Source of the DNA: a virus
Taxonomy: Duplodnaviria > Caudoviricetes
IMG/VR virus record: IMGVR_UViG_3300043084_000165
Location: 1-64,000 of that record
Length of the DNA stretch: 64,000 nt
Strand: one strand, 5' to 3'
The notes under the pieces: model-generated
Database searches by the model: none
Told to the model about the DNA's origin: nothing
The model's input: only the letters and a program-made list of their open reading frames with translations
Translations under genes and position numbers: made by a program
In this document: positions 40,901 through 50,979 of the stretch, one piece after another
How positions within the stretch are numbered: the first letter of the stretch is position 1
Layout: each line of letters starts with the position of its first letter

Positions 40901-42517
40901 ATGAACAACGAAATCGATTACTCAATATATGAGTCTGTGGATGATCTCAAGGCTGCGTTCAGCATCAACGAAGATAAACGGGACGAACCGAAGGGCTCCG
41001 AGAAACCCGACAAGGTACTCAAGGCCGACAAGTTGCCCGTGGTGTATGCTGATTTGAATATTAAGAAATATCACAATATATTCAAGCACTGGATTATCTT
41101 CACCAATGACCGTTCTGATGAGAACAAGACGCTCAAGAACATTCATGAGGCCATTAAAGATTTTGACATGAAGCCCGAGCTACATATCTTTGTTGCCGCT
41201 GACATGGACGCAGAAGAGGACGAATCGCGTATCACCATCCGTGATGATGAAGAGGAGTTCACTATTGAGAAAGAGTCTAACCTGGACACCCTTGTATTTG
41301 CACGTTTGGGAGTGCAGGGTGAAGATGAATGTGAACATGCAGTTCAGTTGTTGCAGGATCGTGGGTTCCTAGTTCTCAACCCCATCAGACCTTCACAGAT
41401 TGCCTGCGATAAGTATCAGTCAGCATGTTTGTTTGAGAAGGGTAACATTCCTCAACCACGTTTCTGCCTGATGACCAAGGAAGATTTCTATGATGCTGAT
41501 TCGTTTAAGGCACAGATAACTCGAGTATATCCTGACTATAACTTCAATGACCCCGACAAGAACAAAGATAAGGACTTGGTAATCAAGATCTTAGACGGCC
41601 ACGGAGGTACTGGCGTCATGTTGATCGATTGCAAACGCACCACCGCGGTACTTCAAGCTATTTTTGCTATTGACCCGGAACGTAGACTTATTATACAGCG
41701 CAAAGAGGAAGGTGACGGTGGTGACATCCGTGTTCACGTACTAACTCTGCGCAACAAACAAATCATCCTGGCTGCTATGAAGCGTCAGCAACTGGGTGGC
41801 GACTTCCGTTCTAATGTATCACTGGGTGCTGAGGCGGTGCCTATCAAGCTTACCCCTGAACAGGAACAAATTGCACTACGTACAGCCATGCTCTCCAAGT
41901 TACCCTGGTGCGCAGTTGACATCATGCCACTGGTGAAAGGTTCTAACAAGGAGATTGGAGACAATGTAGTTCTCGAAATCAATGCGAGTCCGGGTACATT
42001 CGGAATCTCTGAGGTTATCAAGCGGAACTTTATCAATGTGATGGTGAACGAACTGAATGATCCTTCAGAGTTTATGTTGCAGGATAAGACAGCGGGATTT
42101 GTTGAGTCTATTAACATAAAGTTTGCTGATAATGTTCACGTAGATATGTTAGCGAAATTGGATACTGGCAACTCTACAACGGCTTCAACTATGGAAGTGG
42201 GTAAGTTTGCGGACAATGGTAAAGAGATTTCATTTAAGGTAGGTGGCAAGAACCTTTCCTTTAAGAAACAGAAGTCTATGATTGCCAAGGCTGGTGAAGA
42301 GCAGTATGAGCGCCCGACCATCATAGTACCTGAGATAACGGTGGGGTTGCGTAAGGTTAAGGACGTTCGCTTTGCTGTTGTAAAGTCACGTGAGAACAAG
42401 ACAACCAATGTGCTACTCAATCGAGATGTGCTGTCGCGGTTGGGTTATACCGTGCATCCAAGCACTGCGCACATTCTTACGCCAGAGATGCAGAAAATTG
42501 ATGTAAGCAGATTATAA
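40901..42517 (+). CDS. RimK-family ATP-grasp ligase fused to a retropepsin-like (DTG) domain
   Basis: ACDKY, IPQP, K..DG.GG.GV, DIRV, FRSNVSLGA, VDIM, LEINASPG; C-terminal AKLDTG...LLNRD. Confidence 0.85.
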   Translation: MNNEIDYSIYESVDDLKAAFSINEDKRDEPKGSEKPDKVLKADKLPVVYADLNIKKYHNIFKHWIIFTNDRSDENKTLKNIHEAIKDFDMKPELHIFVAADMDAEEDESRITIRDDEEEFTIEKESNLDTLVFARLGVQGEDECEHAVQLLQDRGFLVLNPIRPSQIACDKYQSACLFEKGNIPQPRFCLMTKEDFYDADSFKAQITRVYPDYNFNDPDKNKDKDLVIKILDGHGGTGVMLIDCKRTTAVLQAIFAIDPERRLIIQRKEEGDGGDIRVHVLTLRNKQIILAAMKRQQLGGDFRSNVSLGAEAVPIKLTPEQEQIALRTAMLSKLPWCAVDIMPLVKGSNKEIGDNVVLEINASPGTFGISEVIKRNFINVMVNELNDPSEFMLQDKTAGFVESINIKFADNVHVDMLAKLDTGNSTTASTMEVGKFADNGKEISFKVGGKNLSFKKQKSMIAKAGEEQYERPTIIVPEITVGLRKVKDVRFAVVKSRENKTTNVLLNRDVLSRLGYTVHPSTAHILTPEMQKIDVSRL

Positions 42518-42522
42518 ACTAC

Positions 42523-42553
42523 AAAAGCTCGAGGTCATCCTCGAGCTTTTTTT
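42523..42553. terminator. bidirectional intrinsic terminator
   Basis: AAAAGCTCGAGG-TCAT-CCTCGAGCTTTTTTT. Confidence 0.88.
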
Positions 42554-44121
42554 ATCCACTTTGTAGTGCCTGCATCATATATCCTAAAGAATCCCAGTCC
42601 ATCCATAACCTCGCGCTCAGTCCATTGTGACTTGTCTGTTGATGGCGCCAAGCCCTTTCTGATGATGGAGTCTTTGGTAAACGTTGACCTATGATACCTG
42701 CGGAACCGCCTATCTACATACCAATAAGAGTTTGAAATGGTACCATCTGTGCTGAATCCAAGCTTCTTATATAAATTACCATTTGATATATCATTACATG
42801 AAAATGATGTAACGATTCCCGGGTTGTAGTGCTTCTCAAAATGCGCTAACAACTTACCCGCGCCTCCGACTATGGTTGTGTTGAGTTTGCCACAGAATCT
42901 TATAAGCTCCCACTCACTATCTGTTGAGTTCTTACCGCCCGACAACTTTGAACGTTTATTGAAAGCCATTACTGCAACTAGTCCATTACAAAATAACCCC
43001 AGGTTCACAGCACTCTGACAACGCCCCTGGATGTGGTTTGCATCAAGAAACTCATTACAAGTTCGTCTGTCGATCTCACGAATCTCGCATTTGCGTGCAT
43101 AAACGCGTTGCTCACAGACCCCCAACTTCGAAAGTATCATAGAGCACACGATCTCGGGCTTGTTAACAATCCAATCCTCCCATATCTGTATCAGTTGGAT
43201 TCCATGATCCCCACACAACCTGAACTTATCCATGTGATAGTTATAAGGTTTCTCGCGGTCTGAATGCCAATACACTCCGTTACACTCAATGGCAACCTTC
43301 TTGTCAGGAATATATATATCAAGCTGCTGTGGTGGGATGATATCGTATGAGCCATCGATATGTTTCACACCATGCTCGTCCAGGAGTTGACGGATAAATA
43401 ATTCAATAGATGAGCAATGATCACGCGATTGTTTAGGCATCAACCTAGTGCACGGGTTAGTACCATCATTGATTCTATTTATATATAAGCGCGGCTCTAT
43501 GCAAAATTGTCGTTCGTCACAGCAGGACCCATCGCATTGTACTATAAAATTGCCGTCCTCAACTCCAATGATTTCTGGGTGTCCCTGTAAGAATTTGCCC
43601 CGCGCATATGTACTGGCTCCGAACTTCTGCTCACAGGCCTGCGCCACCCGATTCTTTATCTCATCTGATGATGATGCACAATCGGTCCCGTAACGCTCTT
43701 GACATGTTTCTTTATACTTTTGCACAAGCTCCTTTGAGGCAAACCCAGTGCCACCATAGCGCTCTTTATTAGTTTCTGCAGCCTTGTGTTGGAATTCAGG
43801 CACCCTGGATACATGATCTCCATAACGCTTCACCATAGTTAAACGAGCCTTAGTCTTGCTGGACTCTGCCGCACCTGCACACTTTCGTCCGCAGAATCGT
43901 TGATAGCCACGGGTGAGGTCCAGGTAAGTGGTTGGCGCGCCGCATGTCTCACAAACATGTTCCGGGCATTTGTGATAGTAGTTATATAGTTTTTCCGTGA
44001 ACTTGGTGCCAGGATAAGTGCGCACCAGCTGATAAAACTCAGGCCAGTGTGTGCTTATGAACTTCTCAGTTGTGCGGTTGCGCGGACGTTCTAATATATA
44101 TTCAAGTGTAGGCTGTTGCAT
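42535..44121 (-). CDS. free-standing homing-type endonuclease, paralog 3
   Basis: CETCG, ERYG repeats, QLDIYIP...IECNGVYWH, NHIQG, ELIRFC, IYDAG..KW. Confidence 0.75.
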   Translation of the reverse strand: MQQPTLEYILERPRNRTTEKFISTHWPEFYQLVRTYPGTKFTEKLYNYYHKCPEHVCETCGAPTTYLDLTRGYQRFCGRKCAGAAESSKTKARLTMVKRYGDHVSRVPEFQHKAAETNKERYGGTGFASKELVQKYKETCQERYGTDCASSSDEIKNRVAQACEQKFGASTYARGKFLQGHPEIIGVEDGNFIVQCDGSCCDERQFCIEPRLYINRINDGTNPCTRLMPKQSRDHCSSIELFIRQLLDEHGVKHIDGSYDIIPPQQLDIYIPDKKVAIECNGVYWHSDREKPYNYHMDKFRLCGDHGIQLIQIWEDWIVNKPEIVCSMILSKLGVCEQRVYARKCEIREIDRRTCNEFLDANHIQGRCQSAVNLGLFCNGLVAVMAFNKRSKLSGGKNSTDSEWELIRFCGKLNTTIVGGAGKLLAHFEKHYNPGIVTSFSCNDISNGNLYKKLGFSTDGTISNSYWYVDRRFRRYHRSTFTKDSIIRKGLAPSTDKSQWTEREVMDGLGFFRIYDAGTTKWIKKARG

Positions 44122-44174
44122 ATCAATGAGTTATCTACATTTTAACACTATTTTAATGACCTATTAAAATAGGA

Positions 44175-44735
44175 TTAAAATACCACATGTTTAGCCTCAA
44201 CCGGCTCAATGATGTTATAACCAATCCCCAACACTTCACATTGTTGCTTCATGGCTGCGATGTTCTCTGCATCATCCTCAAAGATCATCATGTTGACCTC
44301 ATCCTGTTGATTCCAGTACTGAAGCTGATTGACCACTGCTGCCTTGAACTGCGCTACTGTGCTGTATTTATTTGCATCGAAAGTGTGAATGTTTTTATAT
44401 AAGATGTTGACGCCCTTCTCGCGCAACCAATCATACAACATCTCTTTCTTCTGTCGCGCGGTTACGATGTGCGCATTGGTGATGTCCGTACCCAGGTTCT
44501 TGAGAATCTCAAAGGCTGGAAGAGTGGGTTCCTTGAGGATTTGCTCGAGAGATTCAAACTCTGTAAAGTCCCAGTGCATGCCGGGAGATAAGAACTTCTC
44601 TGTGCTATCAGGCGCATTAAACACCTTCGTGCCCGCGCGGAACACCTCGCGTCCGTTGCGGTCCAGTGCACGTACGCATGCGGTGGTTGCAATCAGGGTA
44701 TCATCAACATCGAATATATATAGGGTCTTATTCAT
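44175..44735 (-). CDS. HAD-superfamily phosphatase
   Basis: Motif I FDVDDT, II VTAR, III K, IV FEDD. Confidence 0.8.
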   Translation of the reverse strand: MNKTLYIFDVDDTLIATTACVRALDRNGREVFRAGTKVFNAPDSTEKFLSPGMHWDFTEFESLEQILKEPTLPAFEILKNLGTDITNAHIVTARQKKEMLYDWLREKGVNILYKNIHTFDANKYSTVAQFKAAVVNQLQYWNQQDEVNMMIFEDDAENIAAMKQQCEVLGIGYNIIEPVEAKHVVF

Positions 44736-44855
44736 ATCTTTTATGTTTTGGAGTTCGTTTATATATCTTTTTAGAGTCGGGTCCTCTGCTTATCATCCTG
44801 CGTCTGATGAGTTGGGCGAGCTCTCGCTCACCCCAAGACTCAGAACCAATTCGGA

Positions 44856-45587
44856 TCACTTTTCGAGGAGACTTGCCATTGCTTCGCATATGTCTTCGTT
44901 TGATTTAATATAATCCAGTACCTTCTTGATGCGCTGAGAGATACGACCCGAGGTTACGTTCAGTTCTGCTGCGAGCTCAGTTACTTGCTTCTCCGGCACT
45001 CCACATACTCCGAAGAATGAGTAGAAGCAGTATGCATCAGTGGCGTTGCAATGAGTATCAACCTCGGTCTTCAACAGTTCCATCGGGTCACCGTCTTCAA
45101 ACTTCGCGCTCTCATACACACCGTAGCGCATCTCGCGATTCATATTCTCGTTGTCACCTGCGGGGTTCATCACTGCTGAGATGCTCACCGTGGTGAATGT
45201 GGTAGCGCCAATGCCAGGAGCCGCATTTTCGCATACCTCAGCGTCAGCAGCTACATCAGCCTGAGTCTTCTTGATCTGCTCCTGTGTATAGCTGGTCAGC
45301 TTCACTGTGTGGAGCTCTGTGCAAGAGCAGTTGCGGATGTTGTTCAGCATTGCAAACGCAGCGAACTGAGTGAAGTTCATCTGTGAGCGTTCAGGATCGT
45401 ATGTATTCATCGCGATAGTCAGACCTTCGTAAGCCATGGACTTGAGTGTGTACCAATCGGTCTTGAGACGACGGTGCCACTGCGAAACAATCTTGTTCAC
45501 CAGCGGCTCGAATTGACGAGCGATCTGATTGCGAACTTCTGCAGGTGCTGCAGCAAATGACTGACGGAGATTTGTAATTGCTTCCAT
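44856..45587 (-). CDS. sigma-70-family-like factor (compact, regions 2+4)
   Basis: AYEGL..A...YDPER...FT.FA (region 2); ELAAELNVTSGRISQRIKK (region 4 HTH). Confidence 0.85.
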   Translation of the reverse strand: MEAITNLRQSFAAAPAEVRNQIARQFEPLVNKIVSQWHRRLKTDWYTLKSMAYEGLTIAMNTYDPERSQMNFTQFAAFAMLNNIRNCSCTELHTVKLTSYTQEQIKKTQADVAADAEVCENAAPGIGATTFTTVSISAVMNPAGDNENMNREMRYGVYESAKFEDGDPMELLKTEVDTHCNATDAYCFYSFFGVCGVPEKQVTELAAELNVTSGRISQRIKKVLDYIKSNEDICEAMASLLEK

Positions 45588-45624
45588 ATTTCTTGTTTAA
45601 TTTAATTGTTTAATTTATTCTGAT

Positions 45625-45674
45625 GAAGATATATAACAAGAGCCCCTCAGAAATTTAGTCTGAGAGGCTCTTTT
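45625..45674 (-). promoter_or_regulatory. phage promoter motif embedded in a hairpin, upstream of the compact sigma gene
   Basis: AAGAGCC.CTCAGA/TCTGAG.GGCTCTT stem with an AATTTAG loop. Confidence 0.8.
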
Positions 45675-45679
45675 TCGCG

Positions 45680-46648
45680 CTAATTTTTTGAATATTTTTC
45701 TTGTGCCTGAATGACTGGGTCGTGCCATCCCTGTTCAATGAACTGGTCAATGATGCAGCCAGTCAGATACTTAATGTCGGGGTGTGGAGGTCCAGTGAAC
45801 CCGTGGAAGCGCCAGCCAAAGTACTTAGCCCATTCATCCGGGTATGCCGATACAACCAGTTCCGTCTCAACGTCCATGGGAAGGACGCGGCGCGCCTGTT
45901 GCGGTTTCCAACCCAGCTTGAGTAGACGCAGATACGCCCATTCGGCTGCGCTGTTGGCAAATATCCAAGTATCAATCAGTCCAAACATATCATCTTTGTT
46001 GTTAGAGATAGCCGTGCACATGTATCTGAATGCATTCTCAACCCCTCCCCATTCTTGAGTGTTTGTGATGATTTCCCGATCACTAATCTCCTCGGGTGCA
46101 CATACTGTAATGGCGCCATCATGACCATAGTTGACAAATCGCGTGCTGCGTTCAGTCGGTGAGTTGGCGCGGTGACGGTTTGACTCAGCGCTGACCCCAC
46201 GATCAGTAAACAATCGTACAGTGTATCTGCGGATGTGATTCTCAGTAGGTTCCGTCCAGTACTGCAAATCATCCTCACGTTTGTTCTCGATCAACACACG
46301 GTAGTTGGTTGTAATAAAGTACCATCGTGTGAACGGTGTGCCGCCGGTTGATGTTACCCGTGAGTATGGGTTGTCCTCATAGAAGTTAACGACCTCCTCG
46401 GTTGCGTCATCGTTTACATGAATCGCCAGATACACAGCACCGTGCTCGGCGACTGACTCATGCCGATACTGTTTGACGATTCGTGCGACAAACTCACTAG
46501 CTGTGATAGAGTTACCATTTTCATCATACTTTGTGAACCCCTCAGATCGGTAACAAGTTCGTGCAGCTGCTTCAACCTGCTCCAACATACCTTGAATACC
46601 CGGTTTCTGAGGCATTGCAATGGCTCGTGCTCTTGAATATAAAGGCAT
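45680..46648 (-). CDS. thyX: flavin-dependent thymidylate synthase
   Basis: AARTCY, HESVAEH, RGVSAESNRHR..S..ERSTR, ARRVLP. Confidence 0.92.
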   Translation of the reverse strand: MPLYSRARAIAMPQKPGIQGMLEQVEAAARTCYRSEGFTKYDENGNSITASEFVARIVKQYRHESVAEHGAVYLAIHVNDDATEEVVNFYEDNPYSRVTSTGGTPFTRWYFITTNYRVLIENKREDDLQYWTEPTENHIRRYTVRLFTDRGVSAESNRHRANSPTERSTRFVNYGHDGAITVCAPEEISDREIITNTQEWGGVENAFRYMCTAISNNKDDMFGLIDTWIFANSAAEWAYLRLLKLGWKPQQARRVLPMDVETELVVSAYPDEWAKYFGWRFHGFTGPPHPDIKYLTGCIIDQFIEQGWHDPVIQAQEKYSKN

Positions 46649-46649
46649 A

Positions 46650-46847
46650 TTATTTTCTAAATTTTCTGAATTTTATTTCTATTGATTTGAGTGACTGATA
46701 GGCGCCGTTTGGCAGCCCAGTGTCTGCGTTGCGCGAAGTTAGCAGCCAGTAGTTCATATATACCTTACAGATCAGCAAGTTATATACTTTACACCTCCAA
46801 CCCCAGACAGTTAGGTCCGGCGGCTCCAGCCGCACATGATACATCAT
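46650..46847 (-). CDS. small hypothetical protein
   Basis: 65-aa ORF filling the gap in a tightly packed operon. Confidence 0.5.
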   Translation of the reverse strand: MMYHVRLEPPDLTVWGWRCKVYNLLICKVYMNYWLLTSRNADTGLPNGAYQSLKSIEIKFRKFRK

Positions 46848-47572
46848 GATAGTTCAAACGTTTGTATTTCGTAAGTGACCGAATAATTCTCATCCTTTAA
46901 TGATACGTTCGCAAATGTGGTTCCATTGTAGGTTGCACGTAGGTGTTGACCCGTATGCACATGACCAAAAATATTCAGTCGTGGAGCAATGACTTTGTTA
47001 CTGATAGCATCAACAAGCTCCTGTGAGCCATACTTTGCGCCATAGTTATATACATCCTGTTGCAGCACTGTGCCGAAGTTGTTCAGAGCTGGCGGACAAT
47101 GAGTCAGTAGTACATCTGTGCCCTCAGGGATTTTGTTGAACTTCGCAGAGAGCTCCCCCGATGGTTTATAAAAAGCCCAGCGGCTCAGATCCGGACACCA
47201 CGGGGCACCATAAAACCTATAACCTTTATACATTACCTCAGTATCCTCCAGTAGGGTCAACTTGCTCGGTGCCATGAGCTTTTGTAGGACACGCTTCGGT
47301 TTGCGATGCTGTCCATTGCGATCGGTCCCAAGGTGCTCGAAAATAAAGTCATGATTGCCTGCAACCAGGAAGACTTTCTCACAAGGCAAGCTCTCAATCC
47401 ATGGGAAGAACTGTGTGCACAACCAGGCAATAGAGCTCACCATGTCACTCTGAACATCCAGTGGCATAATGTCGCCACAGATGCAATATACATCAGCAAG
47501 CGGCAGTTCAGTCTTTGGTAAGTAGCCATGAAGGTCTGACATGGCTGCGATAATTATTTTGCTTCTATTCAT
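46844..47572 (-). CDS. metallophosphoesterase
   Basis: SDLHG, CGD, GNHD, THCPP, GHVH. Confidence 0.9.
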   Translation of the reverse strand: MNRSKIIIAAMSDLHGYLPKTELPLADVYCICGDIMPLDVQSDMVSSIAWLCTQFFPWIESLPCEKVFLVAGNHDFIFEHLGTDRNGQHRKPKRVLQKLMAPSKLTLLEDTEVMYKGYRFYGAPWCPDLSRWAFYKPSGELSAKFNKIPEGTDVLLTHCPPALNNFGTVLQQDVYNYGAKYGSQELVDAISNKVIAPRLNIFGHVHTGQHLRATYNGTTFANVSLKDENYSVTYEIQTFELS

Positions 47573-47610
47573 ATTTTATAAGTTGTTATTTCAATATAGG
47601 CAAAAAGTTT

Positions 47611-47934
47611 TCAATCATTCGCGTATGCGAGCTCTTCTTCGTACCACCATTCTATGTGCTTTTCACCCTCTACAATGCGAACCTTATACATGATTTTCGG
47701 TTCACCATTGAGCACACCACGCATACCTATGACTACACCATGGTATCCATTTGCGAGAATAATATCACCTATCGCAAAATTGTTATTATCAGCAACCCAT
47801 TGCTTCAACAGATTGTCTCTGCGACCATAGTACTCGGTTACAATGACCCGACCTCGCTGTTCGAGTCGTGCGCGGTTTGCATGAAACTTCGCTTCATTGT
47901 CCTCAAGTGCTCTGAGCAATTCTGTTTTCGTCAT
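47611..47934 (-). CDS. hypothetical protein
   Basis: 107-aa ORF. Confidence 0.65.
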   Translation of the reverse strand: MTKTELLRALEDNEAKFHANRARLEQRGRVIVTEYYGRRDNLLKQWVADNNNFAIGDIILANGYHGVVIGMRGVLNGEPKIMYKVRIVEGEKHIEWWYEEELAYAND

Positions 47935-47939
47935 ATTCT

Positions 47940-48779
47940 TTATCTTTTTTCAATGTTTATACAAATCCATTTACCCGCTATTTTGCGTAACCTCATACGA
48001 ACCAGGCTGTCCATGAGGATGATGTGCTCACAATCAATTTTGTCCAAACCCATATCATACACCAGACCCTCTGCATCATACAAATCCTCTGCCTTTGGCC
48101 AGTAGCGCTGATATTTTTTATCATTGTTATATAGCGCGCGGACGTGCTTGAGGTTTGATACTTTTTTGGGACCACAGACCTGGGGTTTGACGTGGCAACC
48201 AAAGTAACTCTCAATGTCATATAGGTCAGACATCAAGAACAAAATCTCTGCTGCCTTACCACGGATGTCTATGTGTGATGGGATATCATGGAACATCAGA
48301 CTTTCACAATCAAATTCACAATTATACAGCCCTCTGCGCTCGGGATCCCCAACAAACAGCCCCGTAAACACAATGTTGCGGGCTCTTATATAAGTATCCT
48401 CAAGACGGAATGTGTTGGTGTAGTTGGTGACTTTTGAGTTATAGCTCAGGTTAGGACCCCAGGGACAATCAATGCGTTTTGGAAGGGTGTGGCCATATCT
48501 AAACAGCAAAGTGTGTGCCTGCAGTTCAGTAATACCATAACGTTCCCAGTCGATCTCGTTATATATAACTGTCCGTTTCTCAGATTCGCACCTTAGTACA
48601 CCTCCATTCAGGGACCAATCATCCAGGATCAGTCGCATACCCGAGCGTTCGCAACGATTGTCACCGTCTTTAAGAACTCCCACACAAGAGTGACCCGGAC
48701 CTTTGGGGTCGTATTCTTTGAAGAACTGTTGCGAAGCAACATCATCCCATACATCAATATTTTGAGTTAATATGCTCAT
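47940..48779 (-). CDS. hypothetical protein
   Basis: 279 aa; first gene after the second hairpin-array leader. Confidence 0.72.
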   Translation of the reverse strand: MSILTQNIDVWDDVASQQFFKEYDPKGPGHSCVGVLKDGDNRCERSGMRLILDDWSLNGGVLRCESEKRTVIYNEIDWERYGITELQAHTLLFRYGHTLPKRIDCPWGPNLSYNSKVTNYTNTFRLEDTYIRARNIVFTGLFVGDPERRGLYNCEFDCESLMFHDIPSHIDIRGKAAEILFLMSDLYDIESYFGCHVKPQVCGPKKVSNLKHVRALYNNDKKYQRYWPKAEDLYDAEGLVYDMGLDKIDCEHIILMDSLVRMRLRKIAGKWICINIEKR

Positions 48780-48800
48780 AGTCTTTTGAATTTACTGTTC

Positions 48801-48890
48801 GAAGATATATTGAGCGGAGCTCAACTAGATTCGAGCTATACTCGAAGATATAGTTCTATAGATTTGAGAGCTGAGCTCTCAGAGATATAT
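48801..48890. repeat. second tandem hairpin-unit array
   Basis: GAAGATATA at 48801 and 48844, AGAGATATA at 48881; hairpins between the units. Confidence 0.82.
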
Positions 48891-48929
48891 AACAAAAGGA
48901 GCTCCAATATTTAATTGAAACTCCTTTTT
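48883..48929 (-). promoter_or_regulatory. phage promoter motif (TTAAAT variant) in an imperfect hairpin
   Basis: Same spacing; AAAAGGAG/CTCCTTTT stem. Confidence 0.7.
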
Positions 48930-48934
48930 GTTTT

Positions 48935-49312
48935 TCAAAATTTTTTCACAAGTGCTATCCCGTGGGTGAATTGTGCAACTTCTTCGTAACCACGGCGCTT
49001 ATACCATTCAAGAATCCATAGATCAGAGTCTCGTTCGTCCCAGTCAATTTCAACAGTGTCGACACCATAGGTATTTCTGAGCATATTTTCCATTGTTTCA
49101 AGAGCCCAGGACCCATGATTGTGACCCCGCACTGATTCGTTTACATATAATGAACATATATATGCTCGAATCTTCACATCAGTGGTTGGAATAGTCATGG
49201 GTTCATTGTATACAAACGCCTGAACACTCACCCCAAACTCTGAAAGCAAGAGCAGGCGCCTATGATCGTGCCATTCCTGCTCTTGAAATAATGTTTGAAA
49301 TACGTCACACAT
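48935..49312 (-). CDS. GNAT-family acetyltransferase
   Basis: LYVNESVRGHNHGS (motif A) and WYKRRGY. Confidence 0.8.
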   Translation of the reverse strand: MCDVFQTLFQEQEWHDHRRLLLLSEFGVSVQAFVYNEPMTIPTTDVKIRAYICSLYVNESVRGHNHGSWALETMENMLRNTYGVDTVEIDWDERDSDLWILEWYKRRGYEEVAQFTHGIALVKKF

Positions 49313-49314
49313 GA

Positions 49315-50289
49315 TTAGGTCAACTGTTCAAGTTCGCGGATCTCTGCGGAGGTTACCTCTGACGTAAACTTAGAGTCTTTAATTCCTTTGGTAATCAGGC
49401 CAATTACCGAGCTCTGGTGTAAGCTCTCTGCGTGACACATGAGAACCTTGTAGTCGAGAATGCGTGCGTCTGTATCCAGTTCTTTGGCGAGCACACGGGT
49501 GGCGTCTTCGATGAACTTCTGATAGGTGTAATTGAGTACTGCGAACTCAGCCTCATCCTCACGCTTCACAATCGCCTGACACTCTGTAACCAACGAATTG
49601 CGGCAGTGGTCAATGATATCCTCAATCCATACCATATCCTCAAACTCAATGGTTACAGCTGCTGTGGAGCGCTGAGAATGGGGATTGGCACCAACACCAC
49701 GAACCTCACCAACATAACGCGACAGTGCGGTAGAACACTTACATGCGCTTGAGTACTGCCAATAAACAGTGAGTTTCTTTGTAAACTGACCTGCGCGATC
49801 CAGTGATGCATCCAGTACACAGTGAACAATGTAGTAACCAACATTCGGGTTGCCTGCATCATCTACAGATACCAGCGAGTTCTGAGTGACGTAATAGTCA
49901 AACTCAAGCTTGAGGTTGGTGTTGAATGATTCCTGATCCTTCTGATACTGTTTGAGAATGGCTTCCAGGTGGTTAATGTCAAACACCTCATCCTTTGACT
50001 TATAGAAGGTGCGGATGATGCGCGACATATTCAGACCCAGCTTGTAGGACTGCACATCGCAGAAACCATGAATAGATGCAAGAACTGTTTGAGTGCCACC
50101 ATCACGCTGAGAGATAGTCAACGGAACTCTGAAGTTGGAGATACCAACCATATCAATATAGCGACCCTCGAACTCGGAGTTCTGCATGTCCGGCATGTTA
50201 TCGAGATATTCCTGGGTGGGAACAAACTTGCCATAGAACGGCACGAGATCGCTTACTTTTACTTCTGATTTACTCATATATGTTATCAA
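49315..50289 (-). CDS. folE2: GTP cyclohydrolase IB
   Basis: PDMQ, I.MVGI, G.NMSR, SAC.CS, HSQRS, VKREDE, F.ED..R, HAESLH. Confidence 0.88.
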   Translation of the reverse strand: MITYMSKSEVKVSDLVPFYGKFVPTQEYLDNMPDMQNSEFEGRYIDMVGISNFRVPLTISQRDGGTQTVLASIHGFCDVQSYKLGLNMSRIIRTFYKSKDEVFDINHLEAILKQYQKDQESFNTNLKLEFDYYVTQNSLVSVDDAGNPNVGYYIVHCVLDASLDRAGQFTKKLTVYWQYSSACKCSTALSRYVGEVRGVGANPHSQRSTAAVTIEFEDMVWIEDIIDHCRNSLVTECQAIVKREDEAEFAVLNYTYQKFIEDATRVLAKELDTDARILDYKVLMCHAESLHQSSVIGLITKGIKDSKFTSEVTSAEIRELEQLT

Positions 50290-50327
50290 TTTTTAATGCT
50301 TAAATATAGTTTATTGGTGCGGTTGGT

Positions 50328-50798
50328 TTAATCCATAATGACCAGTCCCGGCTCTTTATCTGCAAGCACTCCCCACAGTCCCACTGAGCGTAGAGTGGTA
50401 GCAATGTCCAGCGCAAGGTGTTTCGGAAGTTCACTTTCTTTCTCAATGAACTGCTCATAGGCGGTTTTCGGTGAGGACTCTTTGGTGAATCGTGAGCACT
50501 CCCAGTCAATCACAAGTGCGAGTGCGTCAATGTCGCGGCGACGTTTATCAAGAGTTGCTTCTCTGTAGTATTCTTTGTGATGCGCGCGATGAGTTCTGTG
50601 CCAGTGCTGCACCCAGTCATAGGGCGAACTTTTTCTGAGTACATACTTTGCCCATAACAGCAAGAACGGCTTCTCTACATCGTGTAAGAGGAATCGCGGT
50701 CTCCATACTCGAAGATTGAGTGCTGTCATCTGATAGGCGCACCAATGAGCAGCTGTATATGCAAAACCTGCTCGTTCGTCTCGGGTGAATTTTCTCAT
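50328..50798 (-). CDS. HD-like metal-binding protein (DUF5662-like)
   Basis: H...HD.EK...HR....HH...IDW pattern. Confidence 0.55.
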   Translation of the reverse strand: MRKFTRDERAGFAYTAAHWCAYQMTALNLRVWRPRFLLHDVEKPFLLLWAKYVLRKSSPYDWVQHWHRTHRAHHKEYYREATLDKRRRDIDALALVIDWECSRFTKESSPKTAYEQFIEKESELPKHLALDIATTLRSVGLWGVLADKEPGLVIMD

Positions 50799-50979
50799 TG
50801 TTGTTACAATTTAGATGTTGAATGATTTAATATAGAAAAAGCCCAACCATGGTTTAGATAGTTGGGCTTGGGAAATGGGTTATGGTGATGGGTTAATTGG
50901 CTGATTATCAGCGTTGTAGCGCTGTAACAGCGCCGTGGTGACAATATTTTGCTCTTATATAGTTTAATAATGGTGATGG

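Noticed and set aside
44804-44850. Hammerhead ribozyme (CTGATGAG present)
   Set aside because: No GAAA after stem II and no stem I/III pairing
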